Shown piece by piece: positions 28,369 through 36,865 of a stretch of DNA of 39,497 bases. This stretch comes from a virus. The notes beneath the pieces are model-generated. The model saw nothing but the letters and a program-made list of their open reading frames with translations. It was not told the origin of the DNA and did no database searches. The position numbers were made by a program, and so were the translations under genes. Location: the UHGV virus genome UHGV-0087833; one strand, written 5' to 3'. How positions within the stretch are numbered: the first letter of the stretch is position 1; each line of letters starts with the position of its first letter.

Positions 28369-29177
28369 TTCGCCTCCTGCGGCGGCTCTGGTAGCGGCAT
28401 CCAGTGAGTTACGTCATCCAAGATATTTCCTGATAAATACGTGAAAGCTCTATATTTTTTGTAATCAATTGGATTTACAACCCAGTTCCAATATGCTGCC
28501 ACGATTTCACCTTGACTAAATGCCAGTAACATTTTGGTGTCTTCCGGCATTAGATCACTACAGCTTATCCAACCATCCGGAGTTACCGGATAGTTGCCAT
28601 TTACATCGAAGTTTGGCTCTGCGTCCTGAACCAGGAGGATGTAACCATTCTTGGCCGTATCAAGTTCTAACGCCTCAGTGACGGTGCCGAAATAGCGATT
28701 ACCTAAATCAGCATCACAAGTGCTTACATCAATGGAAACTTCCATGCCTTCGATTAATTCTGCCAAGTTGTAAGCTTGGCTTACAGGTTCGGCTTCCAGT
28801 TCTGCTATGCGCTTATTTGCTGCTTCCAGCTCAACACGCAGCTTCCCTACCGTTAGCGCAATTTCCTCGTTCTCCTGGTCGCGGCGTTTGATGTATTGCT
28901 GGTTTCTTTCCCGTTCATCCAGAAGCGCCAGCACAGTAGCCGGATTGGCTGCGGCGATGAATTCAGCATTGGCCTGCTGTTCAGTTTGGAAATCTTCATC
29001 GAAACCGCTTTCAGGATGCGCTCCTTCAATTCTGCAAATGGGAATATATCCAGCAACTTCACGATGAATTAGCGCATCATCACCATCAAATCGGCCCTTT
29101 CCATATTCGAGCGACCACTCACCACACGTTGCTTTTTCTGCCTTAGCACGCAGTACCTGATAGTCAATCTTGCTCAT
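28365..29177 (-). CDS. Ead/Ea22-like protein with DUF551-like C-terminus
   Basis: 270 aa; coiled-coil middle; C-terminal ...THWMPLPEPP. Confidence 0.5.
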   Translation of the reverse strand: MSKIDYQVLRAKAEKATCGEWSLEYGKGRFDGDDALIHREVAGYIPICRIEGAHPESGFDEDFQTEQQANAEFIAAANPATVLALLDERERNQQYIKRRDQENEEIALTVGKLRVELEAANKRIAELEAEPVSQAYNLAELIEGMEVSIDVSTCDADLGNRYFGTVTEALELDTAKNGYILLVQDAEPNFDVNGNYPVTPDGWISCSDLMPEDTKMLLAFSQGEIVAAYWNWVVNPIDYKKYRAFTYLSGNILDDVTHWMPLPEPPQEAK

Positions 29178-29178
29178 G

Positions 29179-29478
29179 TCACATCACCCTGAATCCATTG
29201 CATTTACGTAAAAAATCGCAGATATAGCCCTTCATTTTTTCGTGCCAATCTCGATCATTCCCATTGCACCAACCATCAGGTGGAGTCCAGTTTTCTATCA
29301 GAGCAGCCATTTTCTTTGCTTTCGCCGGAGTAGCTGTTGCGGTATCGCAGTAATGACGAGTGTCAACCAACGTATCCATACCATCGATATCAAGTACGCA
29401 AAACCATGTGTGATTCGGCATTTCAACAGATGGTATTTGTTGCCCACGTCGACGTTTATCAATAAGACATACAGTCAT
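29179..29478 (-). CDS. Hypothetical protein
   Basis: 99-aa ORF, tightly packed. Confidence 0.4.
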   Translation of the reverse strand: MTVCLIDKRRRGQQIPSVEMPNHTWFCVLDIDGMDTLVDTRHYCDTATATPAKAKKMAALIENWTPPDGWCNGNDRDWHEKMKGYICDFLRKCNGFRVM

Positions 29479-30020
29479 GGTTCCACCTTCTCTATTTGCT
29501 TAAGACCGTCTCTCACTGCATTAAGTACGCGTTCCAGATACTGGTATTTCGGGTTTGGTACCGTTGGCCAGTCGGCATACCACGGATCATCACCAAAGAG
29601 ATTCAGCAGTTTGTTACCGACGCCGAAACAACAGCAGCTTTCTTTTACGTCATCGGCGTTTTCCGCCTCGTCCCACATTTCACGAGCCAGTACGGCGTCG
29701 ATTTCTCTCTCTCTTCGTAACTTTATGATTTCTGACTTCACGAAAAGCAGATCTGCATCGTTGTCATCGTCGACCGTGCTTCGCAGTTGAGGGTCGAAAT
29801 AGCCGATTAGATACTCGTTGCTGACCCGCTTAATGAACGTCTGCACATCATCACCGCCCATAGCAAACCAAGCCGCAGTCCACGCTTTTCCGTAGCAGGT
29901 GATGGTGATTCTTCCCTTACCAGGTTCGTAGTTTTCAATAATCACTCGAACCGGATCTAGTCGCTCTGCACCGGTTATAACGAATGACAACACATCAATC
30001 TTTTCAACCGTTACACTCAC
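29475..30020 (-). CDS. Hypothetical protein
   Basis: 181-aa ORF, overlapping stops and starts. Confidence 0.4.
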   Translation of the reverse strand: MSVTVEKIDVLSFVITGAERLDPVRVIIENYEPGKGRITITCYGKAWTAAWFAMGGDDVQTFIKRVSNEYLIGYFDPQLRSTVDDDNDADLLFVKSEIIKLRREREIDAVLAREMWDEAENADDVKESCCCFGVGNKLLNLFGDDPWYADWPTVPNPKYQYLERVLNAVRDGLKQIEKVEP

Positions 30021-30637
30021 TGGTTGCCTCCTTTGCGAAGCTGGGCAGCAAAGTCAACTAACCACTCAGTCATTTCAACCTTCCCTACCAGGTCTGAACC
30101 AGGGTGCATACAGCAATCACTCTGCGCCGCTTTGAAATCCTTATACTCATATTCTTGGGCCACCAGATTTTTTGCAGCTTCTATAGCAGCATCTACCCCC
30201 TGCGCACGCACTTCAGCCAGGAAAGCGTCGGTGGCTGGGGTTTCAACACGGATGCTGTCGCGCAAGATGAAAAATGCATTGAGCATTCCTGTCTCTGGCA
30301 CTTCATCCTGATGCTTCTCATACGCATCAAGAGCCTTCATCATCTCAGCTCCGAATGGTTGAGGGTGCACAGACTTCAGCTCCGCATTCTCCGCCGCAAG
30401 CGCTGAAAACTTCTCGTGTGCCAACTTAACAGCTGCATCAGCCTGCTTAATTGACTCAATCGCTTTCTGCTGGTCTTCGGCCAGCGCATTAGCACGCACC
30501 AGTTGCACTTCCAGTTGCGTTGCCAAATCGCTGATCAGCTTTGCCACACTGCGCATATCAACGGCACCACATTCTGCTTTCAGTTCCGAAGCCATCTCAT
30601 GCCCGGCGGCAACTAACCCTTTGATATTACTTTCCAT
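30017..30637 (-). CDS. Hypothetical coiled-coil protein (Ea22-like)
   Basis: 206 aa, Ala/Glu-rich helical. Confidence 0.4.
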   Translation of the reverse strand: MESNIKGLVAAGHEMASELKAECGAVDMRSVAKLISDLATQLEVQLVRANALAEDQQKAIESIKQADAAVKLAHEKFSALAAENAELKSVHPQPFGAEMMKALDAYEKHQDEVPETGMLNAFFILRDSIRVETPATDAFLAEVRAQGVDAAIEAAKNLVAQEYEYKDFKAAQSDCCMHPGSDLVGKVEMTEWLVDFAAQLRKGGNQ

Positions 30638-30698
30638 CTTTACCCTCGCTTATCCACATAACTTATTGATTACATTGATAACTAAAAAGATCGTCGAT

Positions 30699-31043
30699 TC
30701 AGAACTCTTCGATTTTCCAGCCACCACCTGCTTTCTTTGGCTTAACCGTTACCCCGATGATTCGGAACGGATACTGATCTGCGGCGACTTTGGTTTTCAC
30801 CCTGGCGTCGTCGGTCCAGAAACCTTTCACTTCGTGCAGTTCCATCTCGCCGGTGGCGAGCATCACAGCGAAATCTGGCGTATAGAACGTGTTGTCAGCT
30901 AACCGCAGCTTGATACCCTCGAATCGATACCAGGCTATTTCCCCTGCACGTTTACGCTGCTCAAGGTGCTGGCAATACGCAGATTCTGTTTTGTTCATCT
31001 GGCCTGTTTTGAGTCGACCAAGAGCCTGTATCTGTTTTCTCAT
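30699..31043 (-). CDS. DUF1064-like putative nuclease
   Basis: 114 aa downstream of replication genes; family from memory. Confidence 0.45.
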   Translation of the reverse strand: MRKQIQALGRLKTGQMNKTESAYCQHLEQRKRAGEIAWYRFEGIKLRLADNTFYTPDFAVMLATGEMELHEVKGFWTDDARVKTKVAADQYPFRIIGVTVKPKKAGGGWKIEEF

Positions 31044-31046
31044 GAT

Positions 31047-31061
31047 TTACCTCTGAGGTAA
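31047..31061. promoter_or_regulatory. Operator palindrome TTACC-tctga-GGTAA (site 5), 3 bp from the start codon
   Basis: On the coding strand reads TTACCTCAGAGGTAAATCATG; right half coincides with the SD-like GAGGT. Confidence 0.55.
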
Positions 31062-31108
31062 TTAAAAACCACATAAGACACGAAATCAATAGAGTTTAGA
31101 ATATTTTA

Positions 31109-31123
31109 TTACCTAACAGGTAA
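31109..31123. promoter_or_regulatory. Operator palindrome TTACC-taaca-GGTAA (site 6)
   Basis: Perfect inverted repeat in the 117-bp gap between P-like and DUF1064-like genes. Confidence 0.55.
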
Positions 31124-31160
31124 TTATTGAGGCGTAAAAAAATGCGCTATCGCGCTGGTA

Positions 31161-31961
31161 TTACTTGATAAATCCTGCCGCCTTTCCCCGCCTGTATTCC
31201 TCCATCAGCCACTGCGCCGGTGTTATTCCCCCAAGGGTGGCGGCGTTAGGCATGCACCCGAAACTTCGCCCTGGTGGATGGTAAACGTCTCTCCCTGTGT
31301 CCGGAGGTGTACTCATGGGCTCTGGCTTTGCCTGTATGCTGATCACCGGATCGGGTATCTGCTGTCCGGAAGCCACCTTTTTCGCCCAATCATCGAGCAG
31401 CCTGCGTGCGTGTTTCTCAACCTCAATCTCGCTAAGCTGGCGCTGATACATTGCACGGCGGGTATCACATACGACCCAGTACATAACCGGATGCCGCCAC
31501 GGGAATCTTTCGGGACCACCAGGATATAAACTTTTTTCCTTGCTGTACCGGTGAAACTCCGCCATCACATCGTCAATGGTGACGCCAAGAACCATCTTGC
31601 TGTCTTTGCACCACTTGATAAATTGCCCTGGAGACGGCCAGAACGGAGATTCACTGGCGCGGGCGTGGCGCATACCAGCAGAAACCTGTTCACGGGTTCG
31701 GATCCCACCTTCGGCAAACGCAGCAATCCACTGCTGTTTTGCAGCGACTTCCTGCTCTGGCGTCTTCAGGTTGGTTACCACTGCCGCCGGAAACAGTTGT
31801 TTCAGCTGTTTGAAAAGGGCATCAACAAGCCTCTCTGCTGACATGTTCACCACGTTGTCATTGTTGGTGTACTGATGCTCATAACCTGACATGCGAGAAA
31901 GGGCTTCTCCGTCACGGTTTTGTATCGCGGTAAAAACGTTGTTCACAAGAAATCCTCCCAT
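31161..31961 (-). CDS. Replication protein P-like (helicase loader)
   Basis: Matches lambda P as recalled (NAGMRVAR / FLPSPGQFVAWC vs SAGMRHAR / FWPSPGQFIKWC). Confidence 0.75.
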   Translation of the reverse strand: MGGFLVNNVFTAIQNRDGEALSRMSGYEHQYTNNDNVVNMSAERLVDALFKQLKQLFPAAVVTNLKTPEQEVAAKQQWIAAFAEGGIRTREQVSAGMRHARASESPFWPSPGQFIKWCKDSKMVLGVTIDDVMAEFHRYSKEKSLYPGGPERFPWRHPVMYWVVCDTRRAMYQRQLSEIEVEKHARRLLDDWAKKVASGQQIPDPVISIQAKPEPMSTPPDTGRDVYHPPGRSFGCMPNAATLGGITPAQWLMEEYRRGKAAGFIK

Positions 31962-32758
31962 GCTTCAGGGCTGTTCCAGTGCGGAACGTTGTTATCAGGT
32001 AATGTTGATTGCTTCTGTCTGCTAATCTGCAGCCGCCTTGCCAGCTTCTGCTCCCACTGTGCCTGATGGTATGCCTTACCCTCAGCCATCCAGTAAATTC
32101 TGAACTCTGCAAGTTCCTGTGCCGTTGGCAGACTGTCCAGGTAGATCCCCTGCAATGAGCTTTTCCGAAGAAAGTCATCTGATGGCTGCCATTGTTCATG
32201 CATGACAAATTTGCCTAATTGCCCTGGCCCACCAGGAGGAACAAAGTTATTCATCACGGCGTTGTTTGCGCTGGGGTCATGATGCACAGAATCCCCGTTT
32301 TTTGTCCTGCTCTCCCTCTCTTGGTTAAATGACTGGTTATATGACTGGTTCTGGATCCCGTTTTTGGGATCATTCAACATCCCGTTTTTGGGATCATTCA
32401 ACATCCCGTTTTTGGGTATATTCCCGTTTTCGGTAACATTACCGTTTTCGGGTTCATTGCCCCCCTCCCGGTTGCCTTTAATGTTCCCGTTTTTGGTTAT
32501 ATTAAGAGAGAAAACCCGCACTCTTTTCGTCGCTCCCTTTCTCTCTCCGGTATCTGAAATAAGCCCCATTTTCATGAGCGATATAAGCCCGGCCTGTACG
32601 GTTTTTTTATTCAGGCAAGTGTCTTTAACGAGGCGTTCTATGCTGGGATAGCAGAGGTTATATTCATCGGCTCTGTCAGCCATCGAAAGCAGTATGAGCT
32701 TTAATGACGAGCTACCTGGATCTGTCTCCCAGGCCCAATCTGTTGCATGTCTGCTCAT
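31943..32758 (-). CDS. Replication initiator, O-like (N-terminal winged-helix, internal iteron-encoded repeats)
   Basis: Repetitive peptide (NGN.. / KNGMLNDP x2) encoded by DNA iterons; upstream of P-like gene. Confidence 0.7.
   Translation of the reverse strand: MSRHATDWAWETDPGSSSLKLILLSMADRADEYNLCYPSIERLVKDTCLNKKTVQAGLISLMKMGLISDTGERKGATKRVRVFSLNITKNGNIKGNREGGNEPENGNVTENGNIPKNGMLNDPKNGMLNDPKNGIQNQSYNQSFNQERESRTKNGDSVHHDPSANNAVMNNFVPPGGPGQLGKFVMHEQWQPSDDFLRKSSLQGIYLDSLPTAQELAEFRIYWMAEGKAYHQAQWEQKLARRLQISRQKQSTLPDNNVPHWNSPEAWEDFL
32355..32503. repeat. Replication origin iterons (about 6-7 copies of ATCCCGTTTTTGGGATCATTCAAC-like unit)
   Basis: Two perfect 24-bp copies then degenerate copies; GATCCC-N6-GGGATC internal symmetry; inside O-like gene. 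Confidence 0.7.
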
Positions 32759-32773
32759 GATTAATCTCCGCTA

Positions 32774-32974
32774 TCAGCTTGAATGTTGTGGGGAGGAATT
32801 AATCATGATCTGCTTAATCTCTGCCCTGATGCGACGGTTTGATTCCATGGTGCACTCAACGCAGTGTCCGTTGTAAACCCAGCGTTCACTGTCATGTCCG
32901 TGCTTACATGGTTTTCCGGTGTAGTAGCGTTTAAGTCCGCGCTTTGCGGCATCAATACGTGTAATGATTTCCAT
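32774..32974 (-). CDS. Small Cys/His protein (putative zinc-binding), start uncertain
   Basis: YTGKPCKHGHDSERWVYNGHCVECT motif; ATG 32974 has AGGG RBS; ORF could extend to 33037. Confidence 0.45.
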   Translation of the reverse strand: MEIITRIDAAKRGLKRYYTGKPCKHGHDSERWVYNGHCVECTMESNRRIRAEIKQIMINSSPQHSS

Positions 32975-33054
32975 GGTAAGCCCTGTTATTAGTATTGGGA
33001 TTACGGTCATTTTGTGCTGACACAAAAAAAAGATCAACCAGATTTGGTTTTTTA

Positions 33055-33069
33055 TTACCTTTGAGGTGC
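33055..33069. promoter_or_regulatory. Imperfect operator TTACC-tttga-GGTGC (site 7)
   Basis: One half-site degenerate; between Cro-like gene and next early gene. Confidence 0.4.
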
Positions 33070-33083
33070 GAATAGATATGAAA

Positions 33084-33103
33084 AGACCGCCGGATGGCGG
33101 TCT
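33084..33103 (-). terminator. Hairpin after the Cro-like gene (tR1-like candidate, weak T tract)
   Basis: AGACCGCC-ggat-GGCGGTCT; on the minus strand followed only by TTTCAT. Confidence 0.35.
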
Positions 33104-33124
33104 ACAGAGGGTTGCGGCTGGATA

Positions 33125-33355
33125 TCATGAGTAGAAGAAGTATGCCAGTTCTGCTTTTGAGCGCAGCCATTGTCTTGATTTACAGGCTTTAAAAAGCCCA
33201 TTCATCAATACCTTACCTGGCATTTTGCGCTTACCTGTTAAGTGAGTCTGGATATAGTGACTCGTCGTTCCGGCTTCCTGTGCGAAGGCTTCACGCTCAT
33301 CCGGAGTAAGTGCAAGCCAGTGCTTTTTGAAATCGAAATGTCCGTTATCGCTCAT
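33125..33355 (-). CDS. Cro-like HTH protein, first gene of rightward lytic operon
   Basis: 76 aa; HTH-like AFAQEAGTTSHYIQTHL; divergent from repressor across the operator cluster. Confidence 0.55.
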   Translation of the reverse strand: MSDNGHFDFKKHWLALTPDEREAFAQEAGTTSHYIQTHLTGKRKMPGKVLMNGLFKACKSRQWLRSKAELAYFFYS

Positions 33356-33391
33356 AGCTATTGCCTGATATTTATTTCAGATAATAAATAT

Positions 33392-33406
33392 TCACCTATA
33401 AGGTAA
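33392..33406. promoter_or_regulatory. Operator TCACC-tataa-GGTAA (site 8, OR-like cluster)
   Basis: Near-perfect palindrome in the divergent intergenic region. Confidence 0.55.
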
Positions 33407-33422
33407 CAAAAATCAAGGATAG

Positions 33423-33437
33423 TTACCCATGAGGTGC
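33423..33437. promoter_or_regulatory. Operator TTACC-catga-GGTGC (site 9, OR-like cluster)
   Basis: Imperfect palindrome 17 bp from site 10. Confidence 0.5.
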
Positions 33438-33439
33438 AT

Positions 33440-33454
33440 TTACCTGTTGGGTAA
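33440..33454. promoter_or_regulatory. Operator TTACC-tgttg-GGTAA (site 10, OR-like cluster)
   Basis: Perfect palindrome about 55 bp upstream of the repressor start. Confidence 0.6.
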
Positions 33455-33509
33455 TATTGCTTTAAATTGAATCATCTTCTGATTCAGATATGAGGCGATT
33501 TTCCAGAAA

Positions 33510-34094
33510 ATGAAAAGTATCCAGGACGTCCGCAGGCAAAATCTCAACGACTTGATCGACCGTGAATTCAATGGTGTTCAGACGCGGATGGCTGAAAAAC
33601 TTGGAACTCAGGCAAATCTGGTAAACCGCTGGGCTCTTGGCAAGAAGGTTATCGGCGACCAGGTTGCGCGAAAAATTGAAGCTGCCGCCAATAAACCCCG
33701 TAACTGGCTTGATATCGATCGCTCGCTTTCTCAGGAAGGTTTTCAGCCTGTCGGACCAAGCGACATTGGTCAACTGGCGGCTCACAACCTGGAACGCTGG
33801 ATGAGCGAAAGCCGCGACCTTTCAACGCAGGGAAAACTTCACCGCGCATCCGGCGTCGCCCAGGTAACAATCAGCCGCCTGTTAAACAATGAGGTCAGCG
33901 TTTCCATTTCCACCCTGGAGAATGTTGCATCCGCATTTGGGCGTCACGGATATGAATTACTGATTCACCCGCACGACCCCGCGACTATCAACTATGACCG
34001 CTCGCGCTACGCATTGTTACCTGAAACAGAGAAGGCAAAGATCGAAAGTTACATTGAATTTGTCATCAACCAGAACGAAAAAAATAAACAATAA
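33510..34094 (+). CDS. Prophage repressor candidate, tandem HTH_XRE domains, no S24 peptidase domain
   Basis: Two HTH-like segments (QTRMAEKLGTQANLVNRW and HRASGVAQVTISRLL); no Ser/Lys autocleavage module; position equals lambda cI. Confidence 0.6.
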   Translation: MKSIQDVRRQNLNDLIDREFNGVQTRMAEKLGTQANLVNRWALGKKVIGDQVARKIEAAANKPRNWLDIDRSLSQEGFQPVGPSDIGQLAAHNLERWMSESRDLSTQGKLHRASGVAQVTISRLLNNEVSVSISTLENVASAFGRHGYELLIHPHDPATINYDRSRYALLPETEKAKIESYIEFVINQNEKNKQ

Positions 34095-34116
34095 AATCAT
34101 ATTTTTCAGTAAGTAA

Positions 34117-34138
34117 GCCGCCTTCTGGCGGCTTTTTT
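34117..34138 (+). terminator. Rho-independent terminator after the repressor gene
   Basis: GCCGCC-ttct-GGCGGC followed by TTTTTT. Confidence 0.8.
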
Positions 34139-34151
34139 ATTGCTTATTTGA

Positions 34152-34166
34152 TTACCTAACGGGTAA
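34152..34166. promoter_or_regulatory. Operator TTACC-taacg-GGTAA (site 11, OL-like)
   Basis: Perfect palindrome upstream of TTGACA at 34186-34191. Confidence 0.6.
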
Positions 34167-34213
34167 TTTTTTTAACTCATATCTATTGACATCAAACCAA
34201 ATACGCATAATCA

Positions 34214-34228
34214 TTACCTCAACGGTAA
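34214..34228. promoter_or_regulatory. Operator TTACC-tcaac-GGTAA (site 12, OL-like) at the leftward-operon promoter
   Basis: Perfect palindrome downstream of TTGACA; extra GGTAA half-site at 34237. Confidence 0.6.
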
Positions 34229-34247
34229 CAGACCGAGGTAACAAGTT

Positions 34248-34400
34248 ATGCAGTGGAAAATCATCAACGGTTGGTACTGCGTTACTGCATGCGGATTCAT
34301 GAGCTGGAAGTTCCGCACCTTACAGGAAGGCATCAAGTGGGCTTTCGTCAGCAAAGAAGCTCGCGATGTGGCCAACGATAACGAGATATGGGAGGGCTGA
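34248..34400 (+). CDS. Small hypothetical protein, first ORF of the leftward-type operon
   Basis: 50 aa; GAGGT 8 nt before ATG; below ORF-track cut-off. Confidence 0.3.
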   Translation: MQWKIINGWYCVTACGFMSWKFRTLQEGIKWAFVSKEARDVANDNEIWEG

Positions 34401-34402
34401 TA

Positions 34403-34702
34403 ATGAACGTTAATCAGCAGAAAAATCTTCAAAAAATCATGCTGGCATTCGACAAGGACTACCGCCTGTCAGAACAGCTATATGACCGACAAGTTGAACT
34501 GATTGAGAGCATCCGACTTCATCAACTGTCCTCAACTTTCGACGTTGTAACAGGCAAAGGCGTTCGTCAGGAAGTACTGGAGGCTGCTAAAGACAGCCCT
34601 GAGTTCGAAGAACTGATGGATGCCTATCGGCGAGAGGCAATGGCAATTATCGCCCGCTGGGATCTGGCGGATCAGCTTGATGGACAGAGGGACGCGGCAT
34701 GA
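34403..34702 (+). CDS. Hypothetical protein upstream of exonuclease
   Basis: 99 aa from ATG 34403 (GGAGGG RBS); stop overlaps exonuclease start (ATGA). Confidence 0.5.
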   Translation: MNVNQQKNLQKIMLAFDKDYRLSEQLYDRQVELIESIRLHQLSSTFDVVTGKGVRQEVLEAAKDSPEFEELMDAYRREAMAIIARWDLADQLDGQRDAA

Positions 34703-35520
34703 AACCGGGAATTTATTTCGACATCAGCAACGAAGACTACCACGCCGGTGACGGCGTGAGTAAGTCGCAACTGGACATGGTTGCCAAGAATCCGGCGCTT
34801 CTTAAATGGGTTCAGGCAGCACCAGAAGACGAAGAGAAAAAGTCTGCACTGGATATGGGAACCGCATTGCACTGTCTGCTTCTGGAGCCTGGAGAGTTCG
34901 ACAAACGCTTCATTGTTTCACCGAAATTCGATCGTCGGACGAAACAAGGTAAAGCTGACGAAGAGGCATTTCTTCGTGATGTGGCGGATATGGGGATTAC
35001 GGTACTTGATGCCGAGCAGTGGCGGAAACTGGAGCTGATGCGTGATAGCGCAATGGCTCATCCGGCGGCACGCTGGATGTTGGAAGCACCTGGTTACTGC
35101 GAAGCATCAATGTACTGGAACGATGAAGAGACGGGTGAGTTGTGCCGAATTCGTCCAGACAAATGGCTGAACGAGCACAACGTGATCGTCGACGTGAAAA
35201 AGGTTGCAGATATGGACCGTTTTGCACGCCACATCGAGGAATTCCGCTACCACGTGCAGGACGCAATGTACCGCGAAGGCGCAATGAGGGTTACTGGTCA
35301 GCCGCATGGTTTTTTCTTTCTTGCCGTGAGCGAAAGCATTGATTGTGGTCGCTATCCGGTACGCGTGTTCGAGCTGGATGCGCAGGATGTCGATGCCGGG
35401 CACGCTCTGTTCCGCCGGGATCTGAATACCTATCACGAATGCCGCATCAATGATGAATGGGGCGGTGTGGAAATCATTAAACGCCATGAGTGGGCACGCA
35501 AACAGGATATGTACATATGA
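34699..35520 (+). CDS. PD-(D/E)XK-type recombination exonuclease (partner of RecT)
   Basis: 273 aa, translationally coupled to RecT-like gene; family from motif recall. Confidence 0.65.
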   Translation: MKPGIYFDISNEDYHAGDGVSKSQLDMVAKNPALLKWVQAAPEDEEKKSALDMGTALHCLLLEPGEFDKRFIVSPKFDRRTKQGKADEEAFLRDVADMGITVLDAEQWRKLELMRDSAMAHPAARWMLEAPGYCEASMYWNDEETGELCRIRPDKWLNEHNVIVDVKKVADMDRFARHIEEFRYHVQDAMYREGAMRVTGQPHGFFFLAVSESIDCGRYPVRVFELDAQDVDAGHALFRRDLNTYHECRINDEWGGVEIIKRHEWARKQDMYI

Positions 35521-36458
35521 GCAACGACATCGTAAACATCAACGCACCAGTAGACACAGCAATCGCTGGAACTGCTGCAACTATTTTCAGCCCAGACGGC
35601 TTGAACCAACTGATGAAATTCGCCGAGGTAATGGCGCAAAGCCGCGTAACGGTACCGGCGCACCTCGCCGGGAAACCAGCTGATTGCATGGCCGTGGCAA
35701 TGCAGGCTGCGCAGTGGGGAATGAACCCGTTTGCCGTGGCTCAGAAAACCCATGTTGTGAACGGCACGCTAGGTTATGAAGCCCAATTAGTAAACGCAGT
35801 TATCTCAACGATGTCGCCAACAAAAGATCGCATCAACTACGAGTGGTTCGGGCCGTGGGAACGCGTGATCGGTAAGTTTGTTGAGAAAACATCCAAAAAC
35901 GGCAATCCATATATCGCACCAGGCTGGACTCTAAAAGACGAAGAAGGCTGCGGTGTTCGCGTATGGGCAACCATGAAGGGCGAGGATCAACCTCGAGTGC
36001 TTGAGTTAATGCTGTCTCAAGCACAGGTAAGAAACTCCACACTTTGGGCCAGTGATCCGAAACAACAACTCGCATACCTTGCGACAAAACGCTGGTCTCG
36101 CTTGCACTGTCCTGACGTAATCATGGGCGTCTACACACCAGACGAATTACAGGAAACGGCACCGCGCGTTGAGCGAGACATTACTCCGCAAACGACCACT
36201 GCTGCGGGAATGAACAGTCTGATCAACGCTAAACCAGTGAAAAAGCCTGATGAGCAAACGCGTAAAGCGGATAGCCGTGATCCAGAAGAAATGCTGATGG
36301 CCTTTACCAGCGCAGCGATGAATTACAGCACTGTCTCCGAACTGGATAAGGCTTACAAATACATTGCACAAAAACTTTCAGATGATGACGAACTGCTGGC
36401 AAAAGCCACCGACGTTTACAGCGTTCGTCGGGAAGAATTAAACGAAACATCTATGTAA
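35517..36458 (+). CDS. recT: RecT-family single-strand annealing protein
   Basis: 313 aa from ATG 35517 (ATGA overlap with exonuclease stop). Confidence 0.7.
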   Translation: MSNDIVNINAPVDTAIAGTAATIFSPDGLNQLMKFAEVMAQSRVTVPAHLAGKPADCMAVAMQAAQWGMNPFAVAQKTHVVNGTLGYEAQLVNAVISTMSPTKDRINYEWFGPWERVIGKFVEKTSKNGNPYIAPGWTLKDEEGCGVRVWATMKGEDQPRVLELMLSQAQVRNSTLWASDPKQQLAYLATKRWSRLHCPDVIMGVYTPDELQETAPRVERDITPQTTTAAGMNSLINAKPVKKPDEQTRKADSRDPEEMLMAFTSAAMNYSTVSELDKAYKYIAQKLSDDDELLAKATDVYSVRREELNETSM

Positions 36459-36507
36459 CCACCACCGCGGCGCCACGCGCGCCGCACTGCAACCAAGAGA
36501 GGTATTT

Positions 36508-36756
36508 ATGAAAGGTGCATTAGGTAAGAAGGAACTCCTGGCGGTGGTGCCACTGTCATGGAGCACTATCGACCGTATGGAGCGCGCAGGGGAATTTCCT
36601 AAACGCTGGTATATCACCGATAAACGCTGCGCATGGAACCGTGATGAAGTTGAGCGTTGGCTTGATGAACGTCAGGCAGCAAGCCCGGCAGAGTTCCAGG
36701 GTAAAAAACCTCCTGTTCAGCAACGTGTATATCGTCCTGTGAGCAACGCTGCATGA
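36508..36756 (+). CDS. AlpA-family HTH protein, excisionase candidate
   Basis: STIDRMERAGEFPKRWYITDKRCAWNRDEVERWL matches AlpA/Xis-type HTH; GAGAGG RBS. Confidence 0.6.
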   Translation: MKGALGKKELLAVVPLSWSTIDRMERAGEFPKRWYITDKRCAWNRDEVERWLDERQAASPAEFQGKKPPVQQRVYRPVSNAA

Positions 36757-36865
36757 GTGCGCTGCTAAGGCACTGGAGCAAATGGTCAGGATGGTACTTA
36801 TTCCTGGCCTCTGTTTCAGCATGGCTTTATCTGCTGGCATTAATTTTCAGATAGGGTTGGATTAA

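Noticed and set aside
30650-30658. Consensus DnaA box TTATCCACA in the gap upstream of the 206-aa gene
   Set aside because: A single 9-mer is expected about 0.3 times by chance in this window, and the origin iterons are elsewhere (32355-32503); not convincing alone.
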